NCBI GenBank assembly: GCA_043228905.1
Contig: JBHGNT010000010.1
Location: 7,130,001 to 7,194,000 of the forward strand
Length of the DNA stretch: 64,000 nucleotides
Direction of reading: 5' to 3'
DNA from: Azolla caroliniana
Taxonomy: Eukaryota; Plantae; Polypodiophyta
Below the pieces are notes generated by a model, which saw only the letters and a program-made list of their open reading frames with translations, had not been told where the DNA came from and made no database searches. The position numbers and the translations under genes were made by a program. Of the stretch, positions 25,175-37,719 are shown piece by piece (position 1 is the stretch's first letter; each line of letters starts with the position of its first letter).

Positions 25175-27174
25175 GAAGAGGTCGTTGCCTCTGTGTATTA
25201 CCGCCGCCTGTGGCGAAGACAGTGAGCTCAAGGTTGTTGCCTTGTAGCTTCACCATTGTACATCTCTGTTTATAGTGATAGTTGGAGTTTGAGGACTCCC
25301 GTGGTTTTTCCCATTTAGGGTTTTCCACGTAAAACATCCTGTGTACTCTTCTCTCTATTGTCTTCGTGTATTTTGTATTTCCTGTTTTCTGTGAGTTGAT
25401 CCTATTCCTCGGTGGTGGCCGAGCACTGTGTTCAACAATTACTTTAGTCAGTCCTTTAAGGACTTATATAAATAGTGCTGTAAAGCACAGTTGTATGTAC
25501 AAGTCTTTGAGTTTTTTGAATTTAGATTTCTTTTGTTCTGCTCTTACTCTGTCTCTCCTACGTATCGTGTTAAGCTTCCATGAAACCTTCATCTCTGTGT
25601 TCTGTTGTTATCCGGCTTAGCCGGTTTTTTTTATGCTTCCACACTTTCACTTTTACATGGTATCGGAGTGCAAGGGTTGAGAACTGCTGCTACCGACAAG
25701 CAATTTCCATAGATGAACCCTAACACCCGGTAAAGAACAAGAAGGGAAGAATGGACAGGGGAATGGCTAGCTCACTCCTGATGGAGAAGCTCGACAAAAC
25801 CAACTACGCATCTTGGTCATACAAGATGCACCAATACCTACTCAGGCATGGCTACTAGAGTTATTTCGACGGAGCTAACGATACAACACATGATGCGGCA
25901 CACAAGCACTTTTCGGGTTGAGAACAAACGACAAGCAGGGTGATGTACTGCTTTGCATCTAGTGTCGGCGACTAGCTGCTCAACCATATCCGGGATGCCA
26001 AGACGCCAAAGGAAGCTTGGGGAAACCTGAAGAAGGTCTTCGCTGCAAGCACTATAGCCTGGAAACTACAACTCCTATAGGAGTTGAACAATGTCCGGTA
26101 GAAAGATATGTTGGTGGCCAACTATATTGCCCGGATTAAGGAGATCTGCGACTCCCTGGCCTCCATCAACGTGGCCGTTGAGGAAGACGAGATGGTGCAG
26201 GTCTATCTCGGAGGCCTGACGTTCCGAACAATGATCCGTACAAGGGAGAAAACGTCCTCGTTTTTCGACTTACAATCGATGCTCCTTGTAGAGGAGAACC
26301 ACATAGGTGCGTCGACGAGTATGCACACCGACATAAAGATGTTGTACACAAAGGCAGAGAAGCCTCGTGGATGTGGTATTCGAGGCGGATAGGCGTGCAA
26401 TGCAGGCGGCTGACAAGAGCAGAATTGGAGGCACAAAGATGGTGCTGACAGTAGTACTGGACCCTCCGGAAGCAGGGTGAGTCAAGGTGGCACTGGGAGC
26501 CGGCAAGGAAAGACCATGACACATTGTTGGTAGTGTGGCCGAAAGGGCCACTAAGGAAGTGAGTGCTGGAAGGAAAGGGTTGTTTCGGACAAGGCTGGAT
26601 CATCGCGCAAGGGCACTAGGATGGAAGAATGTTCATCGTTGAAACCAATCATGTAGGCACCGCTATGTTCGTGAAAGAACAAAAGGTCGAGTCGGATATC
26701 GTCATGTGGCATAAGTGGATCGGCCACATAAACTTCCGGAAGCTTTAGGAGATGTAGTCGAAACACGTGGTTTTCAGACTGTCGAAGTTTAGTGGCCTAA
26801 AAGGCCAGATTTGTGAAGCTTGTTAGCTCAGGAATCATCATGTGCTTCCATTCCCCAATGAGAAGAATCAGAGCCGGAATCGGCTTGATCTTATCCATTC
26901 AGATGTGTGGGGAACTGTCAGGAATAGTACTAAAACAGAGAGAGAATTATTACTAGAGAAGGGAAGTACTATTAGTACTAAGAGGACGAGACTGTCTAAG
27001 GCTCCCGAGAGAGAGAAAGAGAGAAGAGGAGAGAGAGAGAGAGATGGCGAGGAAGAGAGAGAGAGAGAGATGATGATAACATATGATATATTATGTGAAG
27101 AGTAAGTACAAAAGGGCTATGAGGCTTTAGACTAGCGTTGAACCAATTTGGTTCAAAATAATGCTTAGTGCCTT

Positions 27175-30100
27175 TGTTGAGTGGCAAGCTCAACCCGATC
27201 CGGATCGGTGAGCCGATGAGCCGGTTAGCCGGATCCATCAGTAACCAAAAGCCTAGTAGCAGCCTAGACTACTAGGTAGTTAATGTCTCATAGTTAGTAT
27301 CAGACGCTTGTGTGAGCATTGAAGTACACCGTACTTCTGTCAGTCCGTATGGACTTGTATAAAAGTGTTCACTGAACACATACGATGTACAGAGCATTAT
27401 AGAGAATTGTTATTTTTTAATAGAGTTTTGTGTCTTCTCTCTCTTTCTCTCTGTCTCTCCCGCGTATTGTGTATATTCAAGCTCTCCATTAAACCTGCGT
27501 ATTTTTCTGTCTTCAGTTTTCTACTTGCTTCTGCATGCTATTCTTTACATGGTATCAGAGTGCAAGGGTTGAGAACCTCTGCAGCTGACATAGCTTGAAA
27601 GGAAAACCAACTAAGAAGAAAAGAGAAGTAATGGACAGAGGAATGGCTAGCTCGCTTCCGGTGGAGAAGCTCGACAGATCCAACTACGCATCTTGGTCAT
27701 ACAAGATGTACCAGTACCTGCTTGGGCATGGGTACTGGAGCTATGTTGACAGAGCTAACGACACAACACTTGATGCGACACACAAGGACTTCCCAGTGTG
27801 GGAACAAACGACAAGCAGAGTGATGTACTGCATCACGTCCAATGTCGGAGACCAGCTGCTAAGCCATATCCGAGATGCCAAGAAGCCAAAAGAATCTTGG
27901 GGAAACTGAAGAAGGTTTTGGCTGCAAGCACAACGGCCAGAAAGCTGCAGCTAAGGCAAGAGCTCAGCAATGTCCGATAGAAAAATCTGTTTGTGGCCGA
28001 TTACACGGCCCAAATCCAAGAAATTTGTGACTCACTCGCCTCCGTCAATGTGAACATCGAGGAGGATGAGATGGTGCAAGTGTGCCTTGGTGGGCTAGCG
28101 TCTAAGTTCAGAGCTTTCCGAAGGGCGGTCTGTACGAGGCAAAATACGCCGTCATTTTTCAACTTACAGTCGATGCTCCTTGTAGAGGAGAACCACGCCG
28201 GTGCGTCAACAATTGCACCCACCGACAGCCGGATGTTGTACACGGAGGCGGATCGGCCCCGTGGGCGTGGTGGACGAGGCGGGTTGGCTCGCAATGGTAG
28301 CGGCCAACAAGAGTAGGACCAAAGGCACAGAGAACATGCCGACAACAGTTCTGGACCCTCCACAAGCAAGGGGAGTCAAGGCGGCGCCGGAGGCCGGCAA
28401 GAAAAGGCCGACACGGAATGCTAATACTGTGGTAAAAAGGGCCACAGAGAAAGCGAGTGCTGGAAGAACTGTGCCGATTCGGACAGATCCGGATTTGGCA
28501 AGGCCGGTAGAGAGAACCAGGAATACTCGCACTATGCAGAAGGATCGGGAGGATCGAAAACAAGGCTAACTCGATGACGAAGACCACTTCCAAATCGGAG
28601 GAAGTGTGGTACGTTGATTCCGGTGCGTCAAATCACATGGCGAGCCACAAAGAGTGGTTCTCCTTCTTGGAGAAACCAGAACAACCGAGAGTCGTCGAAA
28701 CAGGAGACGACACTCCTCACCCAATCGTGCATGTCGGAGAAGTCCCTTTGAGCCACGTCGGACAGAGGGGGAAGCTGATGAACGTGTTACACGTTCCGAC
28801 TATCACGAAGAACCTGGTGTCAGTCGGTCAGATCGTTGACTAGGGGATGCAGGTGCGGTTTACGCACCTTGGGTGCTTCATCAAGGAAGAGGGCCAGATT
28901 ATTGCGCAAGGGCGTAGAGAAGGGAGGATGTTCATCCTCAACACCAATGACGTCGACACCGCTTTGTTTGCCAAAGGACAGAAGGTCGAATCAGACATCG
29001 ACCTGTGGCACAAGCGGATCGGCCACGTTAATTACCGGAGGCTTCAAGACCTGCAAACGAAACAAGTTGTTTTCGGTTTGCCAAAGTTCAGTGGACGGAA
29101 GGCCCAAATATGTGAAGCCTGCCAACTCAGGAAGCAGCACCGGCTTCCATTCCCCACCGAACGAAACCGTAGCCGTAACAAGCTCAACCTTATTCATTCG
29201 GATGTATGGGGATTGACACAGAATGTTAGTCTTGGCAGGAGTCGGTATTTCGTCTCCTTCATCGACGACTACAACCATCACACATGGATCTACCTCACTG
29301 AGCAGAAGAGCGAAGTCTTCAAGTGTTTCCAGAACCTGCAAAACCTGGTTGAACGGTCAACGGACAGGAAGATCAAGTGCCTGCGGTCGGATGGCGGAAA
29401 AGAATATTTTTCCGGCCAATTCAACAGTTATCTGCAACAAAAAGGAATTCGGAGAGAGTTTAGCTGCAGATACACGCCGGAGCAAAATGGTTTGGCCGAA
29501 AGGAAGAACCGGTCGATTGTCGACGCAGCAAGGGTAATGCTGGAGGAGAAGAGCATGCCCCATTTCTACTGGGCTGAGGCAGTCCGGACGGCCGTCTACA
29601 TCCAAAACCGGATCGGTGACAAGGTGTTTGCGCATGAGCTTTATTTCGGACGCAAGCCGAATTTGAGACACCTTCGGATATTCGGTAGCATTGCATATGT
29701 GCATGTGCCGGATGAGAAGCGGAGGAAGTTGGATGCAAAGTCAGAGAAATGCATCCTGGTCGGTTACTCGCATGAGAAAAAGGGGTATAAGTGCTATAAC
29801 CCCTGGACGAAGCAGGTCCGAGTTAACCTGGATGTTGAGTTTGATGAGATGGCATCATGGTATGCCTTACCGGCTCCGACTTCCGACCCCGACCCGATAC
29901 CGGAGGATGAGGAACCAGTCTAGAAAGAAGATGAAGACCTCGGCACTCTAGAAGAGAGTCCGATCTCCTTTTGGTTAAGTGGGCCAAATGAGCGGCCGAG
30001 TCGGGAGGACCAGTCGGATGAGGAACCAACGAGTAATGGAGACTCTGCCGTGCTCTCCCCACGCAAGGAACTGAGGAGACAGTTCATGCGCAAAGAGAAG

Positions 30101-32723
30101 GGGAAAAAGAAGATGCCGGAATACGAAACTGGGAACGTTGAGTCGGATCGGAGTGAATCCGACTTCGGCAAGGATGAAGGTGGATCTTTGGGAACGAAGT
30201 CCAAACTGGCCAAGAAGGGCCCCAAACCGGGTAACGATAAGATATACTGGTCTTCCTGCCAGAAGAACTCCGTGAAGCGGTACGAGTACAATGAGTACAT
30301 GGCGCATCATTATGCAGAAGCAGCAAGGAACGCAAATTGGCGTGTCACTATGGAGGAAGAAATGCGGGCACTTGATGCCAACGACACATGGGACCTCGTT
30401 GACCCTCCCCGACACTATAAACTGATCGGATATAAGTGGGTGTACAAGGTAAAGGAAAATGTTGACGGTTCAGTTAACCGATACAAGGCCCGATTAGTGG
30501 CGAAGGAATACGTGCAGAACCACGGAATCGACTACGACAAGACCCTTCACTCTGGTAACAAAGATGACTACGGTTCGTGTGGTGCTGGCAGTTGCTGTGG
30601 CAAGGGGGTGGCATCTTCACCAGATTGACGTGAAGAATGCATTTCTTCAAGGCGATCTTGAAGAAGAGGTCTTTATGACCCAACCCCCCCAGTTTCCAGT
30701 CGGGGATGAACAAGTCGGCAGTGTGCCGGCTGAAGAAGTCACTTTATCGCCTGAAGCAAGCCCCCTGAGCTTGGAATGCCAAGATCACGCATCGGTTGCG
30801 TAAGATGGGGTTTGCGGCCTCCAAGTTTGACTATTCGTTGTTCATCTGGCAAGGTCCGGACGGTCCGGTATGCATCTTGTTGTATGTTGATGATCTAGTC
30901 ATCATCGAACCCGGACTCGATGAAATCAGCCAAGTCAAGTCCTAACTGTCGGATGCATTTGAGGTGAAGGACTTGGGGGGGACCTTCACTATTTCCTTGG
31001 GATCGAGGTGATCCGAACCCCTGACGACATATTGCTCTCACAAAGACACTATGTGTTGAATATGTTGTACAAGTTCGGCATGACAGAATGCCAATCGATT
31101 TCCACACCCCTAGACCGGAACCAGAAGCTCCGTCCCAACTCCGGACCGGCCTGTGATGAGAAGCGGTTTCGACAAATTGTCCGAAGCCTTATATATTTGA
31201 CAATCACCCGACCCGACATCAGTTATCCGGTCGGTGTGATCAGCCAATATATGCAGAAGCCGACCGTCGAGCACCTTCTGTGCGCGCATCGAATTTTGCG
31301 ATATGTGAGCGGCACGAAAGACCGGGGACTGTTATACCGGCATGGTATAACCGAAGAGCTAGTCGGCTACACCGATGCCGACTGGGCCGGCGATGCATCG
31401 GATTGCCGATCCACCTCCGGCTATATGTTTTCCCTTGGTAGCGCGGCTGTTGTGTGGAGCAACAAAAAGCAGCCAAAAGTGGCACTTTTGAGTACTGAGG
31501 CTGAATACCAGGGCGCTACCGTTGCCACCTGTGAAACCATTTGGCTTCGACGACTACTTCAAGACCTGCGGATTGAGGTGCCGACCCCGATCCTGATCTA
31601 TTGTGACAACATAAGAAGCATGTAGCTCACCAAGAACCCCGTATTCCATACTCGCACAAAGCACATAGAAGTGCACTACCACTTCATGCGTGAGTGTGTC
31701 CTGAATGGTGAAGTCGAACTTCGGTATGTTCATACGGATCGACAAGTTGCCAACATCTTCACCAAACCACTCGAATCGGACAAGTTGCAGCACTTCACTG
31801 AAATGCTTGGTGTTCAGCATCTCGACGTGCCACACTTGAGGGGGAGAATGGGCAAAGACACCGGTACCCGGACATGGTCTGATGTGGTGAAGGGCTTGGA
31901 ACCGGAAGACGAATCGGGAGCAACCAATTCGGACAAGAGCTGGAACGAATCGGAGACAGTCGATTCTATTCAACAGATGGATTCAGAAGAACCAGATCAA
32001 TTCAAGGCCAAGAGGACGAGAAGGTAGCAAAAGTCGACGCAAACACGAAGGAATCGGTGAATCGGCAAGCACCGACGTCACAGTAGCGAAGGAGCTCATT
32101 TGGGCCTGTTGAGCAGACAAGCCGACCGAGGAGGTCGAGATGCGCGGAATCAGAAGGGTCACGACAAATGGGACCGGACCGGACGAGGAGCGTGACCAAG
32201 GTAGAGTGACGCTAGGAGGAACCAGGTGGAAGGACCGGCTGCCATGGAGACTAACACTACGATTCGACCTCAAGTTGAGCTTGAGGGGGAGTGTTGAGCG
32301 ACAAGGTCAACCGGATCCGGATTGGCTGAATAAGCCTGAGCCGGATCGGCATCCAAAAGGATGAGCCGGATCGGTGAGCCGGTGAGCTGGGGAGCCGGTT
32401 AGCCAGATCCATCAGTAACCTTAAGCCTAGTAGCAACCTAGACTACTAGGTAGTTAATGTCTCATAGTTAGTGTCAGACGCTTGTGTGAGCATTGAAGTA
32501 CACCGTACTTCTGCCAGTCCGTATAGACTTGTATAAAAGTGTTCACTGAACACATACGATGTACAGAGCATTATAGAGAACTTTTATTTTTTAATAGAGT
32601 TTTGTGTCTTCTCTCTCTTTCTCTTTGTCTCTCCTGCGTATTGTGTATATTCAAGATCTCCATTAAACCTGCGTATTTTTCTGTCTTTGGTTTTCTACTT
32701 GCTTCCGCACTCTATTCTTTACA
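27175..32723 (+). mobile_element. Ty1/copia element F (full length, degenerate) inserted in the G LTR
   Basis: LTRs 27175-27549 and 32292-32723, TSD GCCTT/ACCTT, PBS 27550-27561, PPT 32281-32291. All pol domains are present with stops. Confidence 0.95.
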
Positions 32724-32939
32724 ACCTTCTTTTATAGTGTTCTTAGGAGTAATCTGGAAGCTTCTAGAATGTTCAAGAGAAATATGGAATATACATTAAT
32801 TTCCTATAATAAAACTTAAATGAAAATAACATACTATGTATTACAATAAATGGTATAATGGTCAAGAGCTCGACCCATATAACATAAGGTCATGGGTTCG
32901 AGTTTTGCCATATCATGACACTATCCCCCCCTTAAGAAG

Positions 32940-35900
32940 ATGAGTGTAACGAGTCGACGCTGATCTCGAACCGGGTTTGTCCAGATACTTTTGCTGGAAA
33001 TCAGCAAAGAAGATCCTGAGCATTGGCGACATGCTCGACGGGTTCCCAAGTACGTTCGCTCGGACTATAGCCGAGCCAATCGACCAAATAATAAAGTTTT
33101 TTGCGAACAAGTTTGGAATCGAGGACGGCAACAACTTCATACTCCGGGCCGACTTACAACTCAAGCGGGGACGGCGGTGGTGTAACACGATCGGGAATAG
33201 TGTTTGCTTTATAAGGTTCAAGAAGAGAACTATGGAAAACTGGATGTATCTGAAGATACAAAGGGAGATCAAGGCGGAACGTAACATCATTAACCTTACC
33301 AGTAATACGGAAAGGACCAAGTCGTCGATAATCCAACTTGTCGCACGGTCGAGTAGTCTTGATGTGACGACGTAAGAGCCATACTTAATCTCCGATGGCA
33401 AAAGAGGAGGGAAGCCGATGACGATCCGCATAAGTCTTCTGTGTGTGTTGAGCATGACGAAGATGAGTAGAGAGATCCAACTGGATCTTGCGTAGCCTCT
33501 CCAAATGATCCTCAGCACGAGGATTGGTAGGTAGTTGCGGGGTGTCGATCACTGACTAGCGAGGATGAGAACCGGTATAAGCGTAAAATGGGGAGACCCG
33601 AGTCGAGGAGTGAACAACATTATTATATGCAAATTCCGCAAAGTGGAGAATCTCGGCCCAACAATCCTATTGATAACTCAGAAAACACCGGAGATATTGT
33701 TCCAGCATTTGGTTTGTTCGTTCCGTCTGCCCATCGGTCTGGGGATGGTAGCCGGAGGAGAGGTTGCAAGAGACCTTGAGCATCTTGAAGAGATGCTGCA
33801 AAAATTTGGAAACGAATTGAGGGCCTCGGTCACTAATGATACTGTCTAGGAGGCCATGATGCCGAAATACCTCACGCATGACAAGGGCGGCGGTTTCCTC
33901 GCTAATGATGGCCTTAGTACACAGCACAAAATGTGCCATCTTAGTATATTGATCGACGAATGTTAAGATAACATTGAACCCACCCCTTCGACACTGGTAA
34001 ATCTATGATAAAATAAAGACAAATAGACTGCCATGGCTTACTTGGAATCGGTAAGGGTTCCAACAAGCCATATGGATGGTGTTGTGGCATCTTTGCTCGA
34101 CAGCAAGCATCACAGGTCCGAATGTAGTCGTCGACAAAACGTCGCATATGGGGCCACCAAAAAGATCGTTGAACTAGATTCAACGTCTTAGTACTACTGA
34201 AATGTTCCGCCGTATGGGTGTCATGAGAACTTTGGACGATTTGAAGGCGACAGGAGCAATCGGGGACATATAAAAGTTTTTTAAAGAATAACAAACCATC
34301 ATGATATTCGAATTGTCGGTAGTCCATACCTGGTTGTTTGAGACTAGGAGCAGGATGCCGGAGAGGTATCAATGTGCGCCAGAATGTCTTGAGCAAAACA
34401 GTCTGTCTTCAAGTTCGCACGTATGGCATCAGTAATCTGGGAATCCATTGGGGTGTGAAAAATCCGTGTTGTGTGCAATCGTGTTGGTCCCAAGATTACT
34501 TGCTTTTGATTATCAAACGCTGGATCACTAGGATGAGGTGCAAGATATGAACGCTGTGATAGTGCATCTGCTTTTTCTTACTGCTTCCCCGGTCGATATG
34601 TGATTTTGAAGTCAAAACGTGTGAGGAATTGAGTCCACCGAGCTTGCTGTCGATTTAGCACACGAGCGTTTTGGAAATAAGCAAGATTTTTGTGATCACT
34701 AAAGACGATGACCTGATGTGGAGAGCCCTCTAAGAAATGCCGCAATTGCACAAATGAATCTACAATGGCTAATAACCCCTTGTCATGTATTTCGTAGTTG
34801 ATTTCCAATGGTCGAAACTCAATGAGTAGATTCTTGGGGTTGTCGATATCAGACTTCTCTTGTTCTCCAATCTATGTTTGGATTATGTAATTCAAACCAA
34901 GATAATCCCAGGACAATGGGATGCTCTGGACTACTAATTATATTGAATGATACTACACACACAAAACTACCTAGGACAACCTGAATGGGTTCTGACTCTT
35001 CTACAATATTCCCGGAAGCAATGGGACGACCATCAATGACTACTACAGATGTAGGGCAAGGAAGTTTTCTTAAGGATATCTAAGAAGCTTGGGCAAAATT
35101 TCGATCCATGAAACAAGAATTGGCTCCGTAATCTAAAAGTGCTAGGACGTGTACTGGAGGAGTACTTTTAGTACTAACCATAACTTGGGCTAGGAACACA
35201 TTGCTAACTTGCTTGGAGGGAATGGAACCACTAATGGGTTGTACAAATCTAGGGCTGTCCAACCAAACGGCTCCTATTTTGGCTGGACTCAGTCGTTTAA
35301 CTCTTCATCTAATTGACTAAGGATTTCAAATTTGTTTGAGATACTTGGGCTAGTAGTACCATTAATACTATTAGACACTCTATTAGTACTATTAATACTA
35401 TCAGACACTCCTAAGGGAAGAATTGACTCGGGTTTAGTACAGGCTACGATTTGATTCACTTGTCTTCTTGGCCTATGGGGACAGTTGATCGCAATATGCC
35501 CTGGTCCACCGCAATAAAGACATAATTGATTTGCACGTCATCGTTGCTTTTCTTCTTCCGATAACGGGCCACGTCGACGCATGGTGTCGATCTCCATCGG
35601 TGTTGGAGTATTTGCTTGAGATATGTCTCGTGCAAACGGTTTAGCCGCAACTGAGGCATATGTGGTCTCTGGCCTAGGGCGTGGTATTTGTAATTGACAT
35701 TCCGAACACCGTTCGAAAAGGTGGTTGTCGCAACTAACCGCTCGACTGATTGCCTTTGGTTCTTCGGGGAAGGTTAGAAGTAGATCTTTGACATCGTTTC
35801 GCAGGCTGTAGTGAAACTGCTCCATTAGTGCTTGATCATCCCAAGGGATATCTGAGGCGAGTAGATGGAAATCCACTGCGTAGGTAGAGGCTCGACGATC

Positions 35901-36433
35901 GTCTTGACGCAATCGTCCGATTTTGTTGATCGTCGTCTTGATGCTGTCTGTATCTCCAAAGCAAGCTTTAAACTCACTAATAAAGTCTTCAAAGTTATTA
36001 AGTAAGGGCGATTGTTTTTCTAGAAGCGGAGCAAACAATGCCAAGGTTGAGCCGCTAAGCAACATGCCTATTAGGCCGACTCAGGATGCCTCAGTGGGGT
36101 ATCAAGAAGGATGCATTTGAATGACTAAGCGTACTTGATTGAGGAATCCCCTAAATTGCGATAACGTTCCATCAAATTTCACAGAAAGTCCAATCTTGGG
36201 CTCTTTATGAAATCCTTGGGGACTTGATCCTTGTTGTTGCAACGCTGCTTCAAGTTGTTGCACACGTAACGCTAACTCCCCATGTTGTTGTTGCGTTTGC
36301 ATTTTTCTAGGGCAATTTGTTGAAGATCCCCTAACAACCGTTGGTTTTCTTGTTCCAAGGCAACAAATTTTTCTTTTAGACATTGTAGCTTGGAGAAAAC
36401 GGATTGGTATTCTTGGGCGCTAACAGAAGCCAT
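32940..36433 (-). pseudogene. Element G gag and pol (PR, RNase H, IN, chromodomain)
   Basis: Gag KFDG...PTPMEID...CLYCGGPGHIAINC, PR ALLDYGA, a jump to RNase [10 protein letters not shown] (~34808), IN SDRGPQF/YHPQTDGQTER/GPF, chromodomain YLVDWLGY...TWEP (~33040-33100). Stops and frameshifts. Confidence 0.9.
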
Positions 36434-37719
36434 TGTATAGAAAAAGGATCTTAAGAGAATGAGGGAAACCAAAAGAAAGATTAGAGAGGGAAATTGGTTC
36501 AAACTGTCAGGAATAGTACTAAAACAGAGAGAGAATTAGTACTAGAGATGGGAAGTACTATTAGTACTAAGAGGACGGAACTACGTAAGACTCCCGAGAG
36601 AGAGAAAGAGAGAAGAGGAGAGAGAGAGAGAGATGATGATAACAAATGATATATTATGTGAAGAGTAAGTACAAAAGGCCTATGAGGCTTAAGACTGGCG
36701 TTGAACCAATTTGGTTCAAAATAATGCCTAGTGCTTTCTTTTATAGTGTTCTTAGGAGTATAAAGATGTACTCCATTTCGTGTCCACATGCGAAACATGC
36801 CAAGTACATTCAAATATACGTCATCGTGATGAGCTCCGATCAACATACCCGCTCACCATACACTTCAAATGGATGGTGGATCTGGTCTCAATGCCAATGG
36901 GAGTGGGACAAATGAAGTACTTAGCTTTGGCAAGAGAAGACTTGACAAATCAAGTGGAAGGACGGGCCTTGACAAATAAGACGACATCAGCTATTTGCAA
37001 ATTTCTACTCGAAGAGGTTGTCTACCGATACGGATGTGTGGGAAAGATAGTTGTCAATCGAGGGGAGTTGGATGCACGTGAAGCAACGGAGCTTTTCGAA
37101 CGACTAGGCGTGATGCTCTCCCTCACGACTGCCTACAATCCAGAAGCGAATGGGAAGATTGAGCGAGGGCATGGACCTATCGTCAAAGCCATCGTATGAG
37201 CATGCAACGGTCGAGCCGGGAATTGGCCACGACTATTTCCCTATGCCTTGTGGGTTGATAGAACGACACACAGCTCGGTGACCGGGTATATGCCAACGGA
37301 GCTTATGTATGGACAAAAGCCGGTAATGCCCATTGAAAGGACGATCGCCTCATGGGTAGCGATCAGTGTTGGGCAAAGTTTGTAGCCCCTACCGGAAATT
37401 TTCCTGCTTCTCATGAACCTAACCGGAATTTAAAAATTTTGGCCGGCCACGTTCCTACCAACAACAATGTCAACCGGAACATGTTGAAATTTTTTTTGGC
37501 CGCATAACCAAAAAAAATTCTAATGCAATACCAAATCAAATCAATTACAAAATTTTGGAACCCAAAAACTAAAGATATATATTTTCCAAAAAAAATTCTA
37601 ACTTTATAAACATATTTCACTTTTCAAACCTTTGTAAAGTAGCATTAACAACATATTAGATCAAATTAGATGTAATATATAGAAAGTTCCAAAACAAAAT
37701 CGATCACATTTATAAAGTT

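Larger units (their letters stand above)
19766..25437 (+). mobile_element. Intact Ty1/copia element E (Tork/Tnt1-like)
   Basis: LTRs 19766-20528 and 24640-25437, 5-bp TSD ATTAC on both sides, PBS 20531-20542, PPT 24628-24637, single uninterrupted ORF. Confidence 0.98.
26916..36760 (-). mobile_element. Ty3/gypsy chromovirus G (Tcn1/Tf1-like), RT deleted, 5' LTR truncated
   Basis: 3' LTR 26916-27174 plus 32729-32920 (split by F), PPT at ~32925-32935, 5' LTR remnant 36505-36760 matching the sequence from 26916 onward. Confidence 0.92.

Noticed and set aside
32844-32920. Functional tRNA gene
   Set aside because: The A/B boxes are present but the acceptor, anticodon and T stems do not pair. Kept only as a tRNA-derived motif.
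32913-33518. 201-aa ORF and many other overlapping or antisense ORFs in the TE nest
   Set aside because: These are off-frame shadows of GC-rich pol or LTR repeats with no recognisable motifs.
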